DNA of 21,331 nt from Bdellovibrionota bacterium (GTDB lineage Bacteria > Bdellovibrionota > UBA1018 > UBA923). Shown here piece by piece: positions 1 to 7,691 of this stretch (the stretch's first letter is position 1; each line of letters starts with the position of its first letter). The translations under genes were made by a program, and so were the position numbers. The stretch covers positions 1 to 21,331 of the forward strand of contig JBFMCE010000067.1 of assembly GCA_040754655.1 (NCBI GenBank), read 5' to 3'. Under the pieces are notes generated by a model, which worked only from the letters and a program-made list of their open reading frames with translations, ran no database searches and was not told where the DNA came from.

Positions 1-504
1 GAGATCGCTTCAATCCCGGTATATTTGTCGGTGTTGCCAAGCGCCGCGACAGCTTCGGTTGAAATAGCGGCGTTGCCCAGGCGCGAATTTGTTGTCGAAG
101 ACAAACACACCCAGGTCACTCCGCTCAAGACTGGCATTCAAATCCAAGACAATGAGCAATACATCATCAACGCGGTGTTTGCGTATTCCGGTAAGAGCCC
201 CTATCAGAAAGAACCGAACTGGTATCGGTGGTCCAGCGATTGGCCAAACGTCGATGAAGATCTCTATTTCAGAGTGGGAACAGGGCCTTGGAATAAGGTC
301 AACGGGCGCGCCATATTGAAGACTGAAGATCTCGATAAGGGCGAGCTTCAGTTGTTTCTCGATCGAAAGAGGATCTGGGAAAAGATACCTCCAAAATTCA
401 AAGACCCAAAAATGTTGGGCTTGTTGCCCGCGATCTTCAAGTATCGGGATTTGCACCCGCAGTTCAACGTGGTGATCACTGGTCGGAAGGTTCGCGCGAA
501 GTAA
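1..504 (+). CDS. Hypothetical protein, 5'-truncated (C-terminal part only)
   Basis: Frame +1 is open from base 1 (EIASIPVYLSVLP...) to TAA at 502-504, so the gene starts upstream of the window. Composition is natural and aromatic-rich, and a terminator hairpin follows. No family recognised. Confidence 0.75.
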   Translation, partial: EIASIPVYLSVLPSAATASVEIAALPRREFVVEDKHTQVTPLKTGIQIQDNEQYIINAVFAYSGKSPYQKEPNWYRWSSDWPNVDEDLYFRVGTGPWNKVNGRAILKTEDLDKGELQLFLDRKRIWEKIPPKFKDPKMLGLLPAIFKYRDLHPQFNVVITGRKVRAK

Positions 505-571
505 AGGGTGCAGGAGCGTGGAAGCACCGATTCCACGCGGCTTGAGCCGTTTCAAGCGGAGCGAATAAAGA

Positions 572-597
572 AGGGCCAACTTGAAAAAGTTGGCCCT
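572..597. terminator. Probable bidirectional intrinsic terminator between convergent genes
   Basis: Perfect 11-bp stem AGGGCCAACTT-GAAA-AAGTTGGCCCT. Followed by GTCTCTTT on + and TCTTTATT on -. Lies between stop codons at 504 (+) and 634 (-). Confidence 0.8.
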
Positions 598-633
598 GTC
601 TCTTTAAGGCTCCTAGGAGCCGGTCCTTAAGGA

Positions 634-2319
634 TTATTGTGCTTTAGTGGTCTTTATAATCACAGGGCTTAGTTCGGTATACCCTTGGGCATTTGTCGAA
701 ACCGCTTGGAAGAAGTAAGTCTGACCAGGCTGCAGACCCGTTACGGTCATGCTGTGCGATTCCACTAGGCCTGGATCGATTGCTGTTGAGTTCTGAAGCG
801 GAAACGATTGTCCCCAGATGACTTGCGAGGTCGTTGGAACTCCAATCGTCCACCAGATCAAGAAGGCAGAGTTCGTAGTCATCGCGGCGTCAAATCCGTT
901 GATAGTAAACGGATTGGGATTAGGCGACGGACTAGGGCTTGGCGTAGGCGATGGTGACGGCGAAGCGCTTGGATTAGGAGTCGGGCTTGGATTAGGACTT
1001 GGAGACGGGCTTGGCTCAGCCGACGGTGAGGGTGACGGACTTGGCTCGGCTGAAGGGCTGGGGCTAGGCTCAGCCGAGGGGCTAGGACTTGGTTCAGCCG
1101 AAGGACTTGGTGATGGGCTTGCGCTTGGTGCAGGGGTCGGGGTTGCAGAAGGCTCAGGTGATGGCGCAGGAGTCGGGCTTGGCGACGAGCCTAGGCAATA
1201 ATTGATGTCCACAACCGACAACGCGCGACCTGGTTCAAACAGGTGAACCTCGTTGCGTTCAGCATCGTAGTCGAAGGGCGAGTCGGTGCCATCTACTTGC
1301 ACGGTCAGCGTGCTCACATCGATCTCAGGCCTTGCTAAAGTGAAGTCTGAAAGAAGTTGCAGGCGTATCGTGGCGAGGCTTCCGATCTGCGCCAAGCCTT
1401 GAACGTAATGTCCCGTGGCCATGTCGACCGAAATACCGTGCGAAAGTTCCACGAGGTCCAAGATGCCGTAAGCGTATTCGTTCTCTCCGCTTCGCGGAAT
1501 GTTGTTGAGGTTGTTGTAAGCGATTGCGCCGATCAAGTAAGGGCGATCTCCCTGAAGGTTTCGTACTGCGGCTAAAACTCCTTCTTTGGTGACCGTACCG
1601 CAATCACGCGCCTTTGCGGTGACTTCGTTGCCTTCGGGGTCGCGCACAGGAGTCACGCCTTGCGGATAAACTGCGCAGATGTCATTTTCATCCGTGATGA
1701 AAACAACGGCAAGCGCGGCGTCTTGCCTGAAGAAACCATGTGCGCGGCTAGAGGTGAGCGAGCCATGCTCTACGATGCCGCGTTTGAAGGAATAGAGCAT
1801 CTCTTCGCCGCCATCGCTGTGCACGTCGTCTGAGACGCGGGTCAAGTTATTGCGAAGATGGCCGCGAATCGTTGAAAGAGACATCTCGCTCGATTTTAAA
1901 ACGTAAGGATTGTTGCCATGCTTCCAGAGTTTACCTGAGTGGTTTGAACGGCTGCCGTGCCCGAGCATCACTGCGACTTGGTAATCTACGTTCGTCGGAA
2001 GGGCTTGCACGAAACCGTCAATGCCATCGGCAATCGCGGCACGTTCTATATCGAGCGAACCCGAAGTATCGGTGACGAACAAGAGGTCAAGTTTTCTAGT
2101 GATTTCACCTTCGGGTTGCACGAATCGTTCGTTGAAACATTGAGGACCTACCGGAGGGGCATCCACATCAATTTGTTCCGGACCTGAAAACGCGGAATCA
2201 ATCGCTTTCTTTTCTTCTTCAGTGATTTGGCAGCTTGCCGTCGTTAGCGACAGAGCAGCGGCCAGGACGAGGGCGTTAAACTTGCGGTTCAGAACAGGCT
2301 GTAAGTTTGGAGTACCCAT
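634..2319 (-). CDS. Putative lipoprotein: VWA (MIDAS) domain, Pro/Ser-rich linker, C-terminal FN3/purple-acid-phosphatase-N-like domain
   Basis: 561 aa with a hydrophobic leader ending LTTASC (lipobox-like). LDLLFVTDTSGS matches the VWA DxSxS motif and AVVFITDEND the later MIDAS Asp strand. A ~93-aa P/S/T linker follows. The C-terminal IWWT...TTSQVIWG...HSMTVTGLQPGQTYFFQAVS fits FN3 (GLxPGxxY). RBS GAGG at 2328-2331 on the minus strand. Confidence 0.88.
   Translation of the reverse strand: MGTPNLQPVLNRKFNALVLAAALSLTTASCQITEEEKKAIDSAFSGPEQIDVDAPPVGPQCFNERFVQPEGEITRKLDLLFVTDTSGSLDIERAAIADGIDGFVQALPTNVDYQVAVMLGHGSRSNHSGKLWKHGNNPYVLKSSEMSLSTIRGHLRNNLTRVSDDVHSDGGEEMLYSFKRGIVEHGSLTSSRAHGFFRQDAALAVVFITDENDICAVYPQGVTPVRDPEGNEVTAKARDCGTVTKEGVLAAVRNLQGDRPYLIGAIAYNNLNNIPRSGENEYAYGILDLVELSHGISVDMATGHYVQGLAQIGSLATIRLQLLSDFTLARPEIDVSTLTVQVDGTDSPFDYDAERNEVHLFEPGRALSVVDINYCLGSSPSPTPAPSPEPSATPTPAPSASPSPSPSAEPSPSPSAEPSPSPSAEPSPSPSPSAEPSPSPSPNPSPTPNPSASPSPSPTPSPSPSPNPNPFTINGFDAAMTTNSAFLIWWTIGVPTTSQVIWGQSFPLQNSTAIDPGLVESHSMTVTGLQPGQTYFFQAVSTNAQGYTELSPVIIKTTKAQ
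910..1188 (-). repeat. Low-complexity Pro/Ser linker with SPSPSAEP-type repeats
   Basis: Translation SSPSPTPAPSPEPS...SPSPSAEP (about 4 copies)...SPSPNPNP. Codons are diversified at the DNA level. Confidence 0.9.
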
Positions 2320-2342
2320 AAAACAAACCTCGCAATAAGTTA

Positions 2343-2372
2343 ATTATACTTGTTATTGTTAATAATAGTAAA
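2343..2372 (-). promoter_or_regulatory. Putative sigma70 promoter for the VWA lipoprotein gene
   Basis: On the minus strand, TTTACT (2372-2367), an 18-nt spacer and a perfect TATAAT (2348-2343), just upstream of the RBS in an AT-rich divergent intergenic region. Confidence 0.5.
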
Positions 2373-2379
2373 CTATTAT
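2362..2379. promoter_or_regulatory. Perfect inverted repeat, candidate transcription-factor operator
   Basis: ATAATAGT-AA-ACTATTAT (8-2-8) in the divergent promoter region, overlapping the putative -35. Confidence 0.45.
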
Positions 2380-2493
2380 GGTTTATCTATGTAACATGCT
2401 GAAATGGCTAGTGTTTTTCGTGTGCCTCGAGCGGTATTTTTTGCCTATGGTTTGTTTTTAGGTGGTCGATTCACCAATCCGATAAGAGGTTGA

Positions 2494-5400
2494 ATGAGTG
2501 GGTGGATTCGACCGGTTAGCTTGTTGGTTTTAATCTCTTTTCTGGCTTCGAGCTGTGCTCATACGATGCCTTGGGGAAGCCGCGTTCGTGTAAACCGCGA
2601 ACCCGCCTCGGCCTACCCGGCGGGTTGCCAGCGTTTGGCCGAGAGTGAGGCTCTTAAACCTGAACTTAAAGTATTTCAGGGGCTGGTACGTTCAGAGCTC
2701 GGATTGGAACGTGCTTCTCAGAACCTCATTGAGCTCGGAAAGTTGCTTTACTTTGATACCTCCGATCTCGAAGTCTCAAGGTTGCGAACCGAGGTGCTTC
2801 ACGCAAAAGACCATGCCATTCTTCTCGGTAAGATAGAGAAGCTGGCTCAAGGCTTACTGACCCAATGCGCGGTGATCCGTCGAGACGAGAACCCCTTCGC
2901 GCTCTCAAGAAAAGACTACAAACGCGCTCGCGCGCTTTGTGGTTTGGCAGACGCCGATATCGCTTCCAGCCAACGGATCCATCCTGATTCCCTGCGCGAA
3001 TGGATCGAGAGCGATTCTTTTGATCCTGTTTCGGGAATTCGGCAGTGGGTCGCGAAGTTCAATCAAACCGTGAACCCAGAAACGGGCGATTTCCAAAAAG
3101 GCCCAGAGCGCTTGGTCGAAATGTGTACGTCGAAGTTTCCGACTCACCAGAATCTGGAAGACGCGATCGAGAACACTTTTCTTTGCGTCGATGCGTTGGC
3201 TTCGCACATGTACGAGTACAATTATGAATCGCAAAGTTATTTGGCTGATCCCAAGGGCAGGGCCCGGGTGCGAAGCCAATCTTATCCTCTGGCAAGTTGC
3301 ATCTCTGCATTCGCTGCCGGCGATATTTTGATCGCCGAAGATGGCACGCCGCTGGGACCCGTAAGATTCAGCGTTGCGGATTTGATTCAGGGTAAGACCG
3401 GCAAAAAAGACTCAGCCTTGGTTGAACTTTCCGAACGGGCGATCAAAAGGTCGAAACAAAACGAGCCTGGCGGTTCATTTTCAGGCCAAGAGTCGGCCCA
3501 GACCATTCCCTCAGAAGATTCGACCGAAGCTGACGTGATGCGAAAGGTGATCCTTGCAGAGAAGACGGCATGCATGCCAGGAGATACATCCGACACCTCT
3601 AAATGCGAGAGCGATGTCTGCACCCGAAAGTTTGTGAACACGGCGAAGAGTGCTGAAGTTCCTCTGCCCGAAAATCTAAACTCAGAGAAGCTTGAGCAAA
3701 ACTACAAATCCGAGCGAGAACTCTATAATCAGCAGTTGAGCCGGCACATGCTCATGCGGCTGCTGCAAGGTTACGTCGTGGCGGCCTCTCAACGACATTG
3801 GAAAAGCCCTCGGGAATTCAATCAGAACTTAGGAGAGCTTGAGGTTGCTTGTCGTGCGCACCAGCCTTTGCGCGACGAGTTGGCGCAGATGGTTTCGATG
3901 AATCTTCTCGATGAAACGGGAACAGATCCGTTGTCGCTTGAAGTATTCAATGAGCTTCAGGCCAATTACGCGCTGCTTGGGCGTCGCATGGTTCAGGCAT
4001 CCGAGAAGATATCAGAGTTGCGAGAGCTTGCCAGCCTTTTGAATGAAGATCGGGGCAGCGCAGCGGCGACCGCCTATAAGGTGCCTCATTGGATTTCATT
4101 TCTTCCTGTTCCCATTTTAAATAAACTGGGAGACCAAAAAATCACTGTTATTGACCGTCAAGGCGAGGCAATGACACAAGACTCCGAAGCCGATGCAAAG
4201 CGTCGGAAGGGGTTCCATGAGTACCAGTGCAATGGCGACATGGTTCAAGATGATACGGCAAATGGCGGAAGGTTTGTTCTCGCGGATCTGCCGATCAATG
4301 AAGCCCTCACGGAAGCCGATAAGAAAATTCGTGAAAAAATCTCAGATGGTGTTTCTCATAGCCGTGCTTTCTGTCCGGTGGGAGAGCAGTGCTCTGATCC
4401 AACACGGTATTACCCGGCCGAGTTTTTGAATTACGTTTACAAGACCTTGCCGAAACACTTTAAGAAGTATTTGAAGAAAAAGGGCACGCAGAATGAGTAC
4501 TTCACCGCCGACGAGGTCGTTGCCCAGGAAAGAGAGAAGATCAAGCAAGGCAAATCAAAAGGATTGAGTGCGCTTTCGGTCAACCGAACCGAATGGTGCA
4601 AGATGCGGCGTGCGGCTGCCTACTCGTTGATGGCGCAAGAGCTCGAGATCCTGGCCCTCTACCCAGCGCTAGGCCATGTCGAGCCGCCAAGGAAGTCGCT
4701 CTGGACTCGCGTGAAAGAATTCTTTTCTGGCGAAGAAGACCTAGGGCAGACCCTTTTTGAACGCCTTGCTGCGATGAAAGAGTCTCCTTTGATCGAAAAA
4801 ACACGACTTGCAGCTGAAGTGGCTTTAAAGTCGTTGCCGCGGACCCAAGACAACCTCAAGGCTTTCGTGAGCCAGATCTGCGAGCATGCATCTCAAGGAA
4901 GCCTTGAGATGGTTTATCGGGCTACAGTGAACGCGCACTTCAAAAATGATTTCGACTATTGCTCGCTTCTTCCGCGCGAACACCAGATTCGTCTAGGTTT
5001 GCCGTGCGAATACCGAAGCCAGTTTCTATCCTGCAAGCTCGACCACGAGTCAGAGCGGTGGAAGCGAGACCAAGAGCCCCTTGCGCTTTGGGGAATCCAG
5101 ACGGGCGTGGGCGTTCTCTTCGACGCATTCTTCATCACGTCGGTTCTCGCGGGCGGTGTGAATCTCTTGCTCAATTTTAAAGATTTACCCAAGGCGCTAA
5201 AATGGGGTGGAGGCTTTTCCGCGGCGACAACGACACTCATGGCGACCGTGACCTACGCATTAGGTCCAAAGAAAAGCCGCAGTGCCGAAGCATACGGTTT
5301 GGGGGCTGCCGCGTTGCTTGTCGATGGAGTGGATAGCTATACAAACGCGCTTGTCGAGATTGCTGCTCAAAATCCTAAGTTTCCGGTGGGAGATATCGTT

Positions 5401-6321
5401 GTCAGTTTTTTTGCAGGAGCGATGTTTGGTGGCAATCCCAAACATCCGTTGAGGTTTGGTTCCAAGCCTAAAGCCCCCAAAATGGAATTTAAAAACGCCG
5501 TGGAGGCGGCTGAGACGGCAAAAGAATTTAACCTCCGCTCTGCTCGAGTTGCCAATGCTCAGCAAAGCGCTCGGGCCGCTCGTGCCACGGGTGATCTTGC
5601 CGGTGAAGCCAAGCATCTCAAGGAAGCTGCAGACTCGCAGAGAGCCCTTGAGGCTTGGGTTGAGCAGCTCACCCCGGCCCATACGCCCGTGCTGCGTGGA
5701 GTGGCCGGAAAAGTAGGGGTTGAGTTCAATAAACGCGTGACCGAGTTGGTCGAACTCAAGCAACGGGCTGAAAGAACCGGCCTGGCGGTGGATCGCGCCG
5801 AAGTGCAAGCGAAACTCAACGAGCTTGAAGCTTGGGCTGCAAAACAATCGCCTGAAGGAAAAGAGTATGTCTTTGAACGATTGAGGGTGCTCGATAAGGT
5901 CTTGGCGGAAGAGGGGCAGTCTCTAAATTTGGTCGGTTTGAATGCCGGGACGCAAACGAATACCGCTCTCGGTTCCGCCGTGGGTCAAGCGCAAGCCGCG
6001 CGTGCGCGATACCTGGGCTCTCGCCTCACTCGGCTTCTTCGCGAGTTCAGGGCGAAGGTCATCGGTGATAAACGGCTCTCTCCAAACGAACAGATCATCG
6101 CTGATACAAGAATCACGGCATCCGAGTTCGTGCGGGCGACTGAAAAACTTCCGTACCGCGAGCGTGCTTTGATCAATGAGTTTGCCTCATCCGCTCTTAC
6201 GCGAAAACCTGGTCAATCCGTTGGCGATCATCTTGGCGAAGTGGCTGATTTCATCTCGCGCTTCTGCGGCCTTGCCGTGTGGTGCCCAGAAATCGGCAGA
6301 ATCAAAGGATGCCCGAGATGA
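2494..6321 (+). CDS. Large Cys-rich putative lipoprotein of unknown function with an internal hydrophobic helix cluster
   Basis: 1275 aa with RBS AGAGG at 2485-2489. Leader MSGWIRPVSLLVLISFLASSC (Cys21, lipobox-like). About 21 further Cys by manual count. Gly-rich hydrophobic segments are encoded at 5080-5433, followed by an Ala/Glu/Arg-rich helical C-terminal region. Confidence 0.88.
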   Translation: MSGWIRPVSLLVLISFLASSCAHTMPWGSRVRVNREPASAYPAGCQRLAESEALKPELKVFQGLVRSELGLERASQNLIELGKLLYFDTSDLEVSRLRTEVLHAKDHAILLGKIEKLAQGLLTQCAVIRRDENPFALSRKDYKRARALCGLADADIASSQRIHPDSLREWIESDSFDPVSGIRQWVAKFNQTVNPETGDFQKGPERLVEMCTSKFPTHQNLEDAIENTFLCVDALASHMYEYNYESQSYLADPKGRARVRSQSYPLASCISAFAAGDILIAEDGTPLGPVRFSVADLIQGKTGKKDSALVELSERAIKRSKQNEPGGSFSGQESAQTIPSEDSTEADVMRKVILAEKTACMPGDTSDTSKCESDVCTRKFVNTAKSAEVPLPENLNSEKLEQNYKSERELYNQQLSRHMLMRLLQGYVVAASQRHWKSPREFNQNLGELEVACRAHQPLRDELAQMVSMNLLDETGTDPLSLEVFNELQANYALLGRRMVQASEKISELRELASLLNEDRGSAAATAYKVPHWISFLPVPILNKLGDQKITVIDRQGEAMTQDSEADAKRRKGFHEYQCNGDMVQDDTANGGRFVLADLPINEALTEADKKIREKISDGVSHSRAFCPVGEQCSDPTRYYPAEFLNYVYKTLPKHFKKYLKKKGTQNEYFTADEVVAQEREKIKQGKSKGLSALSVNRTEWCKMRRAAAYSLMAQELEILALYPALGHVEPPRKSLWTRVKEFFSGEEDLGQTLFERLAAMKESPLIEKTRLAAEVALKSLPRTQDNLKAFVSQICEHASQGSLEMVYRATVNAHFKNDFDYCSLLPREHQIRLGLPCEYRSQFLSCKLDHESERWKRDQEPLALWGIQTGVGVLFDAFFITSVLAGGVNLLLNFKDLPKALKWGGGFSAATTTLMATVTYALGPKKSRSAEAYGLGAAALLVDGVDSYTNALVEIAAQNPKFPVGDIVVSFFAGAMFGGNPKHPLRFGSKPKAPKMEFKNAVEAAETAKEFNLRSARVANAQQSARAARATGDLAGEAKHLKEAADSQRALEAWVEQLTPAHTPVLRGVAGKVGVEFNKRVTELVELKQRAERTGLAVDRAEVQAKLNELEAWAAKQSPEGKEYVFERLRVLDKVLAEEGQSLNLVGLNAGTQTNTALGSAVGQAQAARARYLGSRLTRLLREFRAKVIGDKRLSPNEQIIADTRITASEFVRATEKLPYRERALINEFASSALTRKPGQSVGDHLGEVADFISRFCGLAVWCPEIGRIKGCPR

Positions 6322-7691
6322 GAGCCGCGTCGGCGTCTCGCATTCGGTTTGGCGCTTTCCCTGTGAGGCGCTTCTTCAGTTTATGTTTTTTGTTTTCGTT
6401 GGTCAGCGCGCTTTTTATTCCTTTGGTCGCCTCGGGCAACAGTTGTTTTTCAGCGGTGCGCGCGACCTTTCGAGAGACTCCTGGCCCGGTACTGAAGTTC
6501 TTAGAGGCGATTAACAAACGTCTCCCTCATGGTGGAAGAGCGCAAGCAGAGCTTCTTGATCGAATCCGGCTTGAAAAGTGGGATGAAGCGCAAGCGCAAG
6601 CGCGGCTCGACCCCGGGTTGCGAAACCTTCCGCAAGAAGAAGTGTGGGATCGTTTTGTCGAGAAGGCGATGTACGAGGTGCTTCCGAATACCTCGAAAGT
6701 GAAACGCATCGAGGATTTGCTTTGGATCATGCGCGAGCTTGATCCGGTTTTTGAGGCGAGGTTGTCTGATTATCATCTCAATGTCGGCGCCATTCGTTTC
6801 AAGGTGGCCGCAAAACTCAGCGAAAAAGCTTTGGGAAAGCGCGGGAAGAGGGTTACCAGGGGTCAAAAGATCTGGGATTACTTCCAGACTCGGATCTTGG
6901 TGCCTCGCCGCCAGAATGTTTTCCACCCCGACGAATTCGTCGAGTTCATGACTGAGATTTCGGCGGTGATGTTTGAGTCGATCCATCCTCATCCGGCCTT
7001 TCTCAAGGTTTGGCTCAAGGCATTTTCGCGGCCCTTGAAACTCGATCACGTGAGCCGGGGTTTGCTCGGTGATTTTGCCCGCCGCTTCCACGAAGACATC
7101 CTAAGCTATCGCGAACATTTCCACGCTGAGCTCAACCAGACTTTGCAGAATGCGAGCCGTTTTGACCGCTCGCCCAGGGCCGAGGTGGTTTACGATCTTT
7201 TCATCCATGGCCTGGCACAAGCTTTCTATAGAAGGATGGCGGCAATCTTGAATCTCAAGAATCCGCTCAATAAAGAAGCCCTTCTTTCCAGAGAGATCGA
7301 GCTGCTCTCGCTTGATTTGATTTACTACGTCCATCCTCTGTTGAACGTGCTTTTCTATTCTGGCTTGGCCGTCGCGGCCGGATCAGCCGCTAGCGAAAAC
7401 ATCTTGGGAGGGGAATACCTTGAGAGCGTCAATTACCCGGATCTCGACGCTCAAGAAGAAAAAGAAGCTCAGTTAAAGAACAAGCTCGATCAGCTCGACG
7501 CCAGGATCAATCTTCTGAGCGATGAGTGGGAAGAGGCCAAAGAAAAAATAGGTTCCGCCAGTTCGACGGCAGAGAAGAACTCTCTTTCAAGACGCATTAA
7601 AGAGCTTGAAGAAGAGATCTCGCGAATGACCTCTGAGAAAGAGTCTCTTGTGCGAGACAGTACGAACGTCAACCCAAGGAAGTTTAGATGA
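6318..7691 (+). CDS. Exported/membrane hypothetical protein with C-terminal coiled-coil hairpin (paralog of next gene)
   Basis: Start moved from 6279 to ATG 6318 because of the ATGA overlap with the upstream stop and AAGGA at 6305-6309, giving 457 aa. Hydrophobic leader FFSLCFLFSLVSALFIPLVASG. One hydrophobic segment (LLNVLFYSGLAVAAG) precedes a charged heptad-pattern tail. Confidence 0.85.
   Translation: MRAASASRIRFGAFPVRRFFSLCFLFSLVSALFIPLVASGNSCFSAVRATFRETPGPVLKFLEAINKRLPHGGRAQAELLDRIRLEKWDEAQAQARLDPGLRNLPQEEVWDRFVEKAMYEVLPNTSKVKRIEDLLWIMRELDPVFEARLSDYHLNVGAIRFKVAAKLSEKALGKRGKRVTRGQKIWDYFQTRILVPRRQNVFHPDEFVEFMTEISAVMFESIHPHPAFLKVWLKAFSRPLKLDHVSRGLLGDFARRFHEDILSYREHFHAELNQTLQNASRFDRSPRAEVVYDLFIHGLAQAFYRRMAAILNLKNPLNKEALLSREIELLSLDLIYYVHPLLNVLFYSGLAVAAGSAASENILGGEYLESVNYPDLDAQEEKEAQLKNKLDQLDARINLLSDEWEEAKEKIGSASSTAEKNSLSRRIKELEEEISRMTSEKESLVRDSTNVNPRKFR

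Noticed and set aside
10..579. 189-aa minus-strand ORF
   Set aside because: Antisense to the more natural + strand gene, and its start lies inside the terminator hairpin.
608..633. Palindromes GGCTCCTAGGAGCC (608-621) and TCCTTAAGGA (624-633)
   Set aside because: Single short palindromes in a 3' intergenic region with no other copies seen in the window. Cannot support a REP or mobile-element call.
818..1201. 127-aa + strand ORF with GLG/GDG repeats
   Set aside because: Antisense shadow of the Pro/Ser linker of the VWA lipoprotein.
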